In this document: positions 55,376 to 63,901 of the stretch, one piece after another
Layout of the letters: every line of letters begins with the position of its first letter
Numbering within the stretch: position 1 is the first letter of the stretch
Source of the DNA: Betaproteobacteria bacterium
GTDB taxonomy: Bacteria > Pseudomonadota > Gammaproteobacteria > Burkholderiales > SG8-39
Assembly: GCA_947482825.1 (NCBI GenBank)
Contig: CANKMT010000008.1
Span: 7,634 to 71,633, forward strand
Direction: 5' to 3'
DNA length: 64,000 bases
Made by a program: the position numbers and the translations under genes
The notes under the pieces: model-generated
What the model saw: only the letters and a program-made list of their open reading frames with translations
Databases searched by the model: none
Told to the model about the DNA's origin: nothing

Positions 55376-56137
55376 ATGTCCAATGTCATCGTCTTCGCAC
55401 CCGGCGGCTACCGCTACATCAGCGCGGTGTTCCAGTACTCGGGAGGCGTCGCCGCCGAACCCGGCTTCGAAATCGAGCGCGCGCGGCTGGCGAAACCGGT
55501 TCCGATTGCCGACGGTTTCCGCCTGGTCGAGGCCCACCTCAAGTCGATCGGCCGGCCGAGCACGGCGTTCGCCGCGTGCGAGCTGCGCTCGCCGGCGCCT
55601 TTCACCGAGCAGGGCTTCATCGACTTCAACCGCCACTACGTGCAGACCCTGGAGCGCTGGGGCATCTACAAGGACGAGGTCAACCCGGTGGCGCGCACCA
55701 ACGTATGCCCCGAGCACCACAAACCGCCCTCGCCGTCGCTGTACGCGTTCTCATACACGGTGCCCGCGCGCTCCGGCAGGGGCAGCTTCATCATCGCCGG
55801 CGGCGCCGACGCGGTCGAGGTCGGCCCCGGCCCGCTGAACAGCCGTATCGTGCGCTACGGCGAGACCTCCACGGACGCGATGCGCGAGAAAGTGCGATTC
55901 ACCGTCGCCTTGATGGAGGAGCGGGTCAAGGCGCTCGGCTTCGGCTGGGCGGACGCATCGCACACCGAAGCCTATACCGTGCAGGACATCGGCGCCGTAG
56001 TCGGAGAGGAGGTGTTCGCCAAGGGCGCAGCGCCCGGTGGGCTGACCTGGACCTACTGCCGCCCGCCGGTGCTCGGCCTGGAATACGAGATGGACGTGCG
56101 CAGCGCCGCGCGGGAGATCGTCATCCGCCAGTCCTGA
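55376..56137 (+). CDS. hypothetical protein, tandem paralogue B
   Basis: 253 aa, MSNVIVFAPGGYRYISAVFQYSGG... The first ~135 aa are about 93% identical to paralogue A and the rest about 60%. Confidence 0.7.
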   Translation: MSNVIVFAPGGYRYISAVFQYSGGVAAEPGFEIERARLAKPVPIADGFRLVEAHLKSIGRPSTAFAACELRSPAPFTEQGFIDFNRHYVQTLERWGIYKDEVNPVARTNVCPEHHKPPSPSLYAFSYTVPARSGRGSFIIAGGADAVEVGPGPLNSRIVRYGETSTDAMREKVRFTVALMEERVKALGFGWADASHTEAYTVQDIGAVVGEEVFAKGAAPGGLTWTYCRPPVLGLEYEMDVRSAAREIVIRQS

Positions 56138-56200
56138 CCTTCAGGCGGCCTGCAGCAATTCCCGGATGCGGGGCAGGTGCTCGCGCGGCAATAGGCCGTT

Positions 56201-57643
56201 TCAATCCGACGGTCGGCGCGCCAGCAAATCCGCCGCCAGCGCCTCGTAGCCGGCGGCAGCACTCAACAGTTCGGCATCACCGCGCGGACGCCCGATCAGT
56301 TGCAATCCCATCGGCAAGCGCCCGGCCGGATCGAACCCGGCCGGCACGCTGATGGCCGGCAGGCCGGCGAAGGTTGCATAGAGCGTCACTTCCATCCAGC
56401 GGTGGTAAGTGTCCATCGTGCGCCCGGCCACTTCGCGCGGCCAGGTTTTCTCGAGAGCAAAGGGCCAGACCTGCGCCACCGGCAGCGCGAGCAGGTCGTG
56501 CTTTTCGAACAGGCCCAGAAGATGGGTTTGGAATTGGCTGCGCACGACGCTGGCGACCATGAACTCGGCGAAGGACAGGCCCTGCGCGCCGTCATGCTCC
56601 CAGAGTGCCTCGGGCTTGATGCGCTCGCGCGCGCCGGGCGTAACCATCGCCGCGGCAACATTGGGCGCCACAAGGGCCCGCCGCCAGACCAACCAGGCCT
56701 CCCACAGTCGTGCCGGGTCAAAGCCAAGCGAGGCTTGAATCACGTGCGCACCGGCGCTCCCCATGCGGGCCAGCGCCTGCTCACACACTTCGAGGATCCC
56801 CGCCTCGAAGGGCAAGTGGCCGCCGAGATCGCCGAGCCAGGCGATGCGAAGGTTGCGTACGTCGGCCTGCGGCCCGGGTACGAAGTTCGCTCCCCGCTCG
56901 CCCACGGACAGCGGTGCGCGCGGGTCGTACCCGGCCTGGATCGACAGCAGGCGGGCAAGATCGCGCACAGAGCGCGCCATCGGACCATCCGTGCTGAGCT
57001 GGCTGACCCACAGGTCGGGTCGCGGCCAGTTCGGCACCAGCCCCTGGCTCGGGCGCAGGCCGAAGACATGGTTCCAGCCGGCGGGATTGCGCAGCGACCC
57101 CATGAAGTCCGAGCCGTCCGCCAGCGGCAATAGGCGCCGGGCCAACGCCACAGCAGCCCCGCCGCTGCTGCCTCCAGCGCTCAACGCCGGATCCCAGGCG
57201 TTACCAGTGGCGCCGAACAGGGTGTTGTAAGTGTGCGAGCCGAGACCGAACTCGGGCATGTTGGTCTTGCCGATGACGATGCATCCGGCCGCCTTCATGC
57301 GCTCGACATAGAGGCTGTCCCGCGTCGCGATGGCATCCTTGAGCAGCGGCGAACCGAAGGTCGTGGCAAAGCCAACCGCGTGTCCGGTGTCCTTGATCGC
57401 CTGCGGAATGCCATGCAGCCAGCCTCGCGAAGCACCGCGCGCGAGTTCGGCGTCACGCTCGTCGGCCTGCCGCAAGAGCGCTTCCTCGGGCGCGAGGTTG
57501 ACGATCGCGTTGAAGCGCGGGTTCTGGAGCCGGATGCTGGCAAGGAAAGCCTGCATCACCTCCCGGCAAGAGACTCTGCGCGCATGAATGAGCGAGGACA
57601 GTGCGCCTGCGTCGAGCGCGGTCAGGTCGTGGCCATCGATCAT
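56201..57643 (-). CDS. amidase (amidase-signature family)
   Basis: GGSSGGAAVA signature with IKDT and GSLRNPA catalytic motifs. 480 aa. Confidence 0.9.
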   Translation of the reverse strand: MIDGHDLTALDAGALSSLIHARRVSCREVMQAFLASIRLQNPRFNAIVNLAPEEALLRQADERDAELARGASRGWLHGIPQAIKDTGHAVGFATTFGSPLLKDAIATRDSLYVERMKAAGCIVIGKTNMPEFGLGSHTYNTLFGATGNAWDPALSAGGSSGGAAVALARRLLPLADGSDFMGSLRNPAGWNHVFGLRPSQGLVPNWPRPDLWVSQLSTDGPMARSVRDLARLLSIQAGYDPRAPLSVGERGANFVPGPQADVRNLRIAWLGDLGGHLPFEAGILEVCEQALARMGSAGAHVIQASLGFDPARLWEAWLVWRRALVAPNVAAAMVTPGARERIKPEALWEHDGAQGLSFAEFMVASVVRSQFQTHLLGLFEKHDLLALPVAQVWPFALEKTWPREVAGRTMDTYHRWMEVTLYATFAGLPAISVPAGFDPAGRLPMGLQLIGRPRGDAELLSAAAGYEALAADLLARRPSD

Positions 57644-57755
57644 GAGTTGATCGTGCGTTTTTCGATTGCTGCCATTTTTTCTATGAGCCCCGCGTGGATA
57701 TTAGCTTCGCAGGCGAAATGCTGCCATCGCCTTGCGCACGGCCTGCGGGGCGGCA
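57642..57755. repeat. 114-bp direct repeat, copy R1 (abuts and includes the amidase start codon)
   Basis: Hand alignment with 61000-61113 gives the same length, no indels and 11 mismatches (about 90% identity). Confidence 0.85.
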
Positions 57756-57854
57756 ATTTCAAAAGATTCCGTCAAGCAACACAAGAACCAGAGCCGCTCT
57801 CCGGTCGGTCTGGCGTAGCGGCACCGGTTCACTCCACATAGGATCCGGACCCGG

Positions 57855-58817
57855 TCAATTCAGTTTGATGTTCCCTTCGCGCGCAACGCGCCCGTAAGCC
57901 TCGTACTCCTCTGCGGTCATCTGCCCCAGCCTCTCGGCCGTGACCGCCTTGGTAACGGCGTCCGTAGCCGCGATCCGTGCGATCACGTCGGGGCGCCTGA
58001 GGATCTTCTCAGTTTCAGCGCGCAGCCGTGCGACGATCGGCGCCGGCGTTCCAGCCTTCACATACAAAGCGTTCCACGAGCCAATCACGATGCCCGACAC
58101 GCCCGCTTCCTTCAGGGTCGGTACATCGGGCAGCGACGCGACGCGCTCCTCGTCGCCGGTGGCGAGCGCCCTTAGCTGCCCGTTCCGGATGAAGGCCAGC
58201 ACCGTCGGCAGAACCGCAAAGTACGCTTGCACCCTTCCCGTGAGGAGGTCCGCATTGACGGCTGCCGCCCCCTTGTACGGGACGTGCGTCATTGCACTGC
58301 CCGTGATCTTGTTGAACTGGACGCACGCGAGGTGGTTGAAGCTGCCTTCGCCGTGGGATGCGCAGGAAACCTTCGGGCCCCGGGCCTTGGCGTAGGCGGC
58401 GAACTCAAGGAGCGTCTTTCCCGGCACCGAAGGATGGACCACGAGCATGGACGGCAGCGCCGCGACGAACGCGATGGCCTCGAAATTCCTGGGACCGTAG
58501 TTCACATTGGGGTTCAGCGACGGCACGATCGCGGACGGCCCGTTGCCGCCCATCGCCAGCGCGTACCCATCTGCCGGCTGCGAGAGCACGTAGTTCAGCC
58601 CGACCGCGCCGCCGGCCCCGGCGCGGTTCTCGACCACGGCCGGCTGGCCGAGGGACTTTCCGAGCTCGTCGGCCATGATGCGGGTGAGCAGATCCGTGAT
58701 GCCACCGGCCGTGAATGGCGCGACCAGGGTCAGGCCCTTGCGCGGCCAGTCCTGCGCCGACGCCTTTCCCGGCAGCGCCAACAGGCAGGACACCAGCAGG
58801 GCGATCGGCGCCCTCAT
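57855..58817 (-). CDS. TTT substrate-binding protein, Bug/TctC family
   Basis: ATG 58817 (MRAPIALLVSCLLALPGKASAQ) forms an ATGA overlap with the DUF1028 gene stop. Confidence 0.9.
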   Translation of the reverse strand: MRAPIALLVSCLLALPGKASAQDWPRKGLTLVAPFTAGGITDLLTRIMADELGKSLGQPAVVENRAGAGGAVGLNYVLSQPADGYALAMGGNGPSAIVPSLNPNVNYGPRNFEAIAFVAALPSMLVVHPSVPGKTLLEFAAYAKARGPKVSCASHGEGSFNHLACVQFNKITGSAMTHVPYKGAAAVNADLLTGRVQAYFAVLPTVLAFIRNGQLRALATGDEERVASLPDVPTLKEAGVSGIVIGSWNALYVKAGTPAPIVARLRAETEKILRRPDVIARIAATDAVTKAVTAERLGQMTAEEYEAYGRVAREGNIKLN

Positions 58818-59524
58818 TTCGGTTCGTCCTGGAACGGCTCCAGCGGCCAGTTGATGCTGCGCAGGTGGTCCTTGTACAGCGCCGGGATGCCCTTTTGGTA
58901 GCAGTCGTCGTAGTAGGGCGCGAGGGGCTTGTACCACTCGTAGGCTTTGCGCAACTCGCTCGTCGGCTCCAGTGCCACGTCCACGCGCAGGTCGAACAGG
59001 GGGTGCGGGTTGGCGCCGGTGACGAAGAGCGCAGCCGACCGCTCCCCGCCCTGCTGCCCGCCGGCATCGCGGCCGGCTTCGAGCGCGAGGAGCAGGCGCT
59101 CCTCGAGTTCCTTTGCGCTGCTGCCGCGGAAGGCCGCCGCCATGTCGGTGACGACCTTCTGTCCTGCAAGGACGTTGCCGGCGATGGCGAAATCCTCCCC
59201 CTCGACGTGCCCCTTCCAGGGACGCGCGTCACTGCCGGTCACTGCCACGCCGCCCCCGGTCTGCCCGAGGTACATGTACTGGCGCTGGGACGAAAACGGG
59301 TCGGAATGGGTCACCGCATCGAAAATCCGCTTCGCCCCGAAACCCGCTTTCGCGAGTTCCACGGCAACCTCGAGCAGGTAGTTGTTGTGGCCCGCCTGGA
59401 CGACGACCACCGCCTTGCCGGGGATGATGCGGACGGCGCGGCGCCCGATGGCGGGCGTGCCCGTGGCCTGCGCAAATCCCAGCTTGCCGGTGCGTCCGCA
59501 CCGGCCTATGACCGTGAATGTCAT
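58814..59524 (-). CDS. DUF1028 family (Ntn-hydrolase-fold) protein
   Basis: MTFTVIGRCGRTGKLGFAQATG... is the typical DUF1028 N-terminus (Thr2 after Met). 236 aa. Confidence 0.75.
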   Translation of the reverse strand: MTFTVIGRCGRTGKLGFAQATGTPAIGRRAVRIIPGKAVVVVQAGHNNYLLEVAVELAKAGFGAKRIFDAVTHSDPFSSQRQYMYLGQTGGGVAVTGSDARPWKGHVEGEDFAIAGNVLAGQKVVTDMAAAFRGSSAKELEERLLLALEAGRDAGGQQGGERSAALFVTGANPHPLFDLRVDVALEPTSELRKAYEWYKPLAPYYDDCYQKGIPALYKDHLRSINWPLEPFQDEPK

Positions 59525-59527
59525 TCT

Positions 59528-60634
59528 CTATGCCCCCTTCGGATCAGGAAATTTGTAAAGCTCCGCCGCCGTCCCGCACAGGATGCGGTCCTTGTCGAGC
59601 GGCGACAGGAAGTCGCAGTGCTTGCGGATGTAGTCGAGCGACTGCGGGTAGGTCGCCGCGCGTTCCGAGGTCGGGTAGTCAGATCCCCACAGCAGTTTCG
59701 AGGCGCCCAGCCGCTTGTGGAAATCCCGGATCAGCGCCTGCGCTTCCGGGAATGGATAGTCCCAGCGGTTGCCCTGCATGACGGGGAACAGCAGTTCGAG
59801 CGTGATGTTGTCGGCTTCCAGCGTTTCCCAGAATTCCTCCGGGATCACGACGCGGCCGCCCGCGTCCATCAGCAGGCCCACATGCACGCCGTGGGTGAAC
59901 ACGCTCGGGATGTCCTTCCACCGCCGCGCCCACTTGCCCAGCCGCGCAACCTGCTCGACATAGTTGCGCTCGCGCGGAGCGCCCAGCGGCCGGACGTTCC
60001 AGAGCACGGGGATGCCGAGGCGCCGCACCTCCTCCCAGAACGGGTCGAACTTGGCGTCGTCGAACTTGTCGCGGAAATCGTAGCGAAAGAAGCCTTCGAT
60101 CTGGAAATGCAGGGCGGTGAGCCCGAGCACCTCGACGGCTCGCGTCAGCTCGCCGATCTGCTCCGGCTTGTCGCAATCGGCCTCGTGGATCTGCGCGGAG
60201 GCGGCAAACCGATGCGGGTACTTGCGGATGACCTCGCCGTAGTAGTCGTTGAGCATGCCGTACATGTGCGCGTTGTGCAGCATGGCCTTCTCGACGCCGG
60301 CGTAGTCCATCAACGCAATCATCTTCTCCGGCGCGAGGCTCTCCGGGAAGTTCGGCGCGAACATCTGCAGGTGGTGGTCCTTACCGTCGCGCGTCCATTC
60401 CATCCTGCCGAACTCGCCGTAGCGGAAATTCACCTCGACCATGTTCGACCACCCCATGCCCTTGCCGTCGCTGAGCGTCTGCTCGGTCACCACCCGGCCG
60501 GTCGCCGTCTCGATCACGGGCTGCGAGGGCGCAACCACGTGCACCTGCGCTGCGCGCATGTGCTCCTCGGGCGAAGCGTAGCCGACATGGTCGTGCAGCG
60601 AGGGAAAGGCATGGGCATGGGCGTCGATGATCAT
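59528..60634 (-). CDS. amidohydrolase-2 family metal-dependent hydrolase/decarboxylase
   Basis: MIIDAHAHAF start and the WGSDYP motif near the C-terminus. Confidence 0.82.
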   Translation of the reverse strand: MIIDAHAHAFPSLHDHVGYASPEEHMRAAQVHVVAPSQPVIETATGRVVTEQTLSDGKGMGWSNMVEVNFRYGEFGRMEWTRDGKDHHLQMFAPNFPESLAPEKMIALMDYAGVEKAMLHNAHMYGMLNDYYGEVIRKYPHRFAASAQIHEADCDKPEQIGELTRAVEVLGLTALHFQIEGFFRYDFRDKFDDAKFDPFWEEVRRLGIPVLWNVRPLGAPRERNYVEQVARLGKWARRWKDIPSVFTHGVHVGLLMDAGGRVVIPEEFWETLEADNITLELLFPVMQGNRWDYPFPEAQALIRDFHKRLGASKLLWGSDYPTSERAATYPQSLDYIRKHCDFLSPLDKDRILCGTAAELYKFPDPKGA

Positions 60635-60719
60635 TTGCGTATCTCATTTTTTCGTGTGCCGGAAAGGCGCTGCTGGATATGGGTGCCTTCCGACTTGAGC
60701 AGGGCAACCATCCGCTCGC

Positions 60720-60740
60720 GGTGTATAGGAAACTCAAACC
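60720..60740 (-). mobile_element. IS91/ISCR-family oriIS-like terminal sequence
   Basis: The minus strand reads GGTTTGAGTTTCCTATACACC, about 70 nt downstream of the transposase-fragment stop. It resembles the conserved ...TTCCTATAC(C/A)C oriIS ends of ISCR/IS91 elements as I recall them. Confidence 0.55.
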
Positions 60741-60776
60741 ACCTTTTTCTCCACGCACGACTGTATCACCAGGCCG

Positions 60777-60796
60777 AGAAGCGATCAGAAGCGATC
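60777..60796. repeat. perfect tandem 10-mer (AGAAGCGATC x2) between the transposase-fragment stop and the oriIS-like end
   Basis: Read directly from the sequence: agaagcgatcagaagcgatc. Confidence 0.9.
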
Positions 60797-60811
60797 AATT
60801 TGCGCGGTGTT

Positions 60812-61018
60812 TCATGGATCCCCTCTCTCGCACGGGTTTATCGGTCGCCGCGCCGGTGAGCGCGGCGGCGCTCTCGCCGGCAAGCCAAGGTGCGTGAGGA
60901 TCCTGACGATCACCGCAGGCTCTTCGATGGCGGCGATGATCTTGAACTCACCTCCACACTGCGGGCAGTGTTCGAGATCGATGTCGAACACCCGCTTTAA
61001 TGAGTTGATCGCGTGCTT
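60812..61018 (-). pseudogene. IS91-family (Y2 HUH rolling-circle) transposase, C-terminal 68-codon fragment
   Basis: The minus-strand frame reads KHAINSLKRVFDIDLEHCPQCGGEFKIIAAIEEPAVIVRILTHLGLPARAPPRSPARRP...*. The CPxCGG-x-hKIIAxI...ILxHLGLPxRAPPxxPAR tail is characteristic of IS91/IS801/ISCR transposases. The frame is closed by TAA at 61019-61021, exactly where repeat R2 begins. Confidence 0.7.
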
Positions 61019-61113
61019 TTAGATTGCTGCCATTTTTTCGATAGACCCCGCGTGGATATTAGCTTTGCGGGCGAAATGCTGCCATCGCCTTGCGCACGGC
61101 TTGCGGGGCGGCA
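61000..61113. repeat. 114-bp direct repeat, copy R2
   Basis: See R1. The position equivalent to the amidase ATG is ATT here. Confidence 0.85.
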
Positions 61114-61131
61114 GGGGTACACGCATCGCGC

Positions 61132-62106
61132 TCAGTTGGGCTTGGCGCCGGTTTGTTTCACGATCCGGGCCCATTTCGCGACATCGGCGCGCACGATCGC
61201 GGCAAACTCTTCCGGCGTGTCGGTCGCGGGTTCGGCGCCCTGCTTGAACAAGGCGTCACGAATTTCGGCGCCGGCGACGACGCGACGGATCTCGGTGTTC
61301 AGGCGGTCGACGATGTTCTTCGGGGTTCCTGCCGTCGCGAATACGCCGTACCAAGCCACCGCTTCATAACCGGGCAGGCCCGACTCGGCCACGGTCGGGT
61401 AGTCCGGCGCCACCGGGCTCCGCTTTGCGCTTGTGATCGCAAGCGCGCGCACCTTGCCACCTTTGAGCAGCGCCTGCGAACTGAACACCTGCACGATCGA
61501 GACTTGCACGTCGTTGTTGGTCACAGCGGTCATCATCGGTGCGACCCCGCCGAAGGGCACGCTCAGCATGTCGACCCCCGCCATGCTCGTAAACAGCGCT
61601 CCGCTCAATAGCGTCAGGCTGCCGAAGGAGGCATAGGCGAGCTTGCCGGGCTGCGCCTTGGCCAACGCAATCAGTTCCTGGATGTTCTTTGCGGGGACCG
61701 AGTTGTGCACCAGGATCAGGTTCGGGAACTCGGCCATGCGCGTGATCGCCGCAAAATCCTTGACCGGGTCGTAGGACGGCTTGTCGTACAGGCTGAAATT
61801 GATCCCGTGCGTGCCGGTGGTGCCCATTTCGAGCGTGTAGCCGTCGGGCGCCGCTCGGGCGACCACCTCCGAGCCTATCGTCCCGTTGGCGCCTGCACGG
61901 TTCTCCACATACACCTGCTGGCCGAGCACCTCGGTGAGTTTTTGCGTCAGCAGGCGCGCCGCGACATCGGTCGGTCCGCCCGGCGCGAACGGGACGACCA
62001 TGCGCACCGGTTTGGACGGCCACGCTTCCTGGGATTGCGCGGCGACGGGCGCAAGCAGCGAAGCGATCGCCAGCAGGCAGATTGTTGCGATTCCGGGCTT
62101 CTTCAT
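61132..62106 (-). CDS. TTT substrate-binding protein, Bug/TctC family
   Basis: ATG 62106 (MKKPGIATICLLAIASLLAPVAAQS) preceded by AAGGAG. Confidence 0.9.
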   Translation of the reverse strand: MKKPGIATICLLAIASLLAPVAAQSQEAWPSKPVRMVVPFAPGGPTDVAARLLTQKLTEVLGQQVYVENRAGANGTIGSEVVARAAPDGYTLEMGTTGTHGINFSLYDKPSYDPVKDFAAITRMAEFPNLILVHNSVPAKNIQELIALAKAQPGKLAYASFGSLTLLSGALFTSMAGVDMLSVPFGGVAPMMTAVTNNDVQVSIVQVFSSQALLKGGKVRALAITSAKRSPVAPDYPTVAESGLPGYEAVAWYGVFATAGTPKNIVDRLNTEIRRVVAGAEIRDALFKQGAEPATDTPEEFAAIVRADVAKWARIVKQTGAKPN

Positions 62107-62116
62107 GTTTGACTCC

Positions 62117-63901
62117 TTATGCAAGTTTCGATTCTTCGATCAGCGTGGGCAGCCAGACCCCGATGACCGCAGGCGATCCGTTGCGAACCGCGGCCAGGCC
62201 TCGCTTCAGCGCAGGCACCAGATCCTCGGACTCGCGCACGTTTTCACCATAGCCATTGGCCGCTTCCGCCACTTTCGCGTAATCCGGCGGCGGGTCGAAC
62301 TGGCCGCCAGCGTAGCCGCCGTCCTTCACCGCGTAGCCTTCAGGATAGGTTTTTCTCAGGACCGTGGTGCCGGTCGAGTACGAACGGTTGACGAACACCA
62401 CGGTGAGGAACGGCGCCTTGTGGTGCGCAGCCGACCAAAGTGCAGCGATCGGGTTGTCGAACATGAAGTAACCGTCGCCGGTCGCAAGGACCACATCCTG
62501 GTCGGGCCGGGCCAGCTTGGCGCCAAACGCGGCACCCGCCCCCCAACCGCCGGAAGAGCTGCCGACCTTGAAGAACGTGCCGGGCTGGTTGCGAGCGCTG
62601 TAATTCATCACGGCGTCCGAGTTGCTGATCGCGTCATCGAGCAGGATCGCTTCAGGCTCCAGAAGCTGGCCGATCTGGTAGGCGACCCACAGCGGATGGA
62701 TCGGGCGGCGCTGTCCCGCGCGCTGCGCGAGGTCGTTGGCCTGCGCTACTTGCTTTCGCTTGGCATCCGCGAGCCGTGCGCGGCGGGCCGCAATCCGGGT
62801 GAGATCGCTTTTGTCGAGCAAACTCGTGGCCGCTTCGAAAATCGCCCGGGCTGCAGACGCTGCATCCGCAGGCAACCACAGGTCGGCCTGCCAGGCCATG
62901 GTCTTGAACCGCGACATCACCGGATCGACATCGACGAAAGCGACCTTGGCCTGCGGCGATGGCTCGTCGTTCGGCGGCATCCAGGGCACCGGGCTCTCAA
63001 TGACCAGCAGCACATCCGCATCCTTGGGCGACGGGCCTGTGCCGAACAGGTCGTGCGAGCGCGGGAAAGTGAGCGCGCTCGCAAGCCGGTCTTGCATGAC
63101 CGGGACGGCGAGCAGTTCGGCCAGCCGCACGAGTTCGGGGACCGATGCGGGGTTGCGGCCCGAGTTGGAGGTATAGATGCAGGGATTGTCGGCCTTGATC
63201 AGCCATCCCGCGATGCGTTTTGCGTCGTCCGGGTCCGGCCAGGCCGGCCGTGCGACGCCAAGCTGATCGCGGGTCGGAAATCGGATCGTGCCGCCGGGCA
63301 CCGGCGTCAGTACCGCCTCGCGCGGCAACGCGAGGTACACCGGGCCTTTGGGCTCGCTCACCGCCACCTGCAAGAGGCGGCTGATCATCAGCCCCGGGTT
63401 GTCCTGGCTCTCCAGCCGATGATCCATCTTGGTGTACTGGCGAACGATTTCGCCTTGGTCGCGCGGTTCCTGGTACCACTGGATCGGGTGATCTCGCCCT
63501 CCCGCCATCGTGCCCGGATACGCGCGCGGGCCGGTGCCCGAAGTCATCAGCACCGGATAAGACCCTTTCCATGCTGTGTGAAGAGCCGCTCCTTTGTTCA
63601 GCAGGCCTACGTCCACGTGCGCCGCTGTCGCGGAAGGCTTTCCGGTGACCATCGCGTTGCCCATCGCCGCATTCAGAGCAACGCCTTCGTGCATCATGGT
63701 GACGAGGCGCGGCGCAAGACGCCCGAGCGCCGCGGCCTTGGCGATCGCTTCCTGGTAGAAGCCGATCTCGGAGCCGGAGGTGAAGAACAGGTTGTCGATG
63801 CCGCCCGCCTTCATGGCCGCGACGATCGCGTCGGACCATTGTTCGGCCGGGTATTCCCCCCACGCCCTGCCTGCCGTTGCGCTGCCTTCCTCCGACGCCA
63901 T
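62117..63901 (-). CDS. thiamine-diphosphate-dependent enzyme (acetolactate-synthase-large-subunit-like)
   Basis: ThDP motif TGDGYFMF...VVFVNRSY and an N-terminal Pyr domain (FFTSGSEIGFYQE). I prefer the ATG at 63901 (MASEEGSATAG...) over the track start at 63988. Confidence 0.85.
   Translation of the reverse strand: MASEEGSATAGRAWGEYPAEQWSDAIVAAMKAGGIDNLFFTSGSEIGFYQEAIAKAAALGRLAPRLVTMMHEGVALNAAMGNAMVTGKPSATAAHVDVGLLNKGAALHTAWKGSYPVLMTSGTGPRAYPGTMAGGRDHPIQWYQEPRDQGEIVRQYTKMDHRLESQDNPGLMISRLLQVAVSEPKGPVYLALPREAVLTPVPGGTIRFPTRDQLGVARPAWPDPDDAKRIAGWLIKADNPCIYTSNSGRNPASVPELVRLAELLAVPVMQDRLASALTFPRSHDLFGTGPSPKDADVLLVIESPVPWMPPNDEPSPQAKVAFVDVDPVMSRFKTMAWQADLWLPADAASAARAIFEAATSLLDKSDLTRIAARRARLADAKRKQVAQANDLAQRAGQRRPIHPLWVAYQIGQLLEPEAILLDDAISNSDAVMNYSARNQPGTFFKVGSSSGGWGAGAAFGAKLARPDQDVVLATGDGYFMFDNPIAALWSAAHHKAPFLTVVFVNRSYSTGTTVLRKTYPEGYAVKDGGYAGGQFDPPPDYAKVAEAANGYGENVRESEDLVPALKRGLAAVRNGSPAVIGVWLPTLIEESKLA

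Noticed and set aside
57708-57736. Stem-loop CGCAGGCGA-N10-TCGCCTTGCG inside repeat R1, considered as a conserved RNA structure
   Set aside because: The stem has a bulge. The substitutions in copy R2 (TGCGGGCGA) weaken rather than compensate the pairing, so there is no covariation support.
58715-60859. 714-aa plus-strand ORF spanning the DUF1028 and amidohydrolase genes
   Set aside because: Antisense shadow ORF. It has an R/A/G/P-rich, low-complexity translation with no recognisable motif, whereas the minus strand encodes three proteins with clear family signatures.
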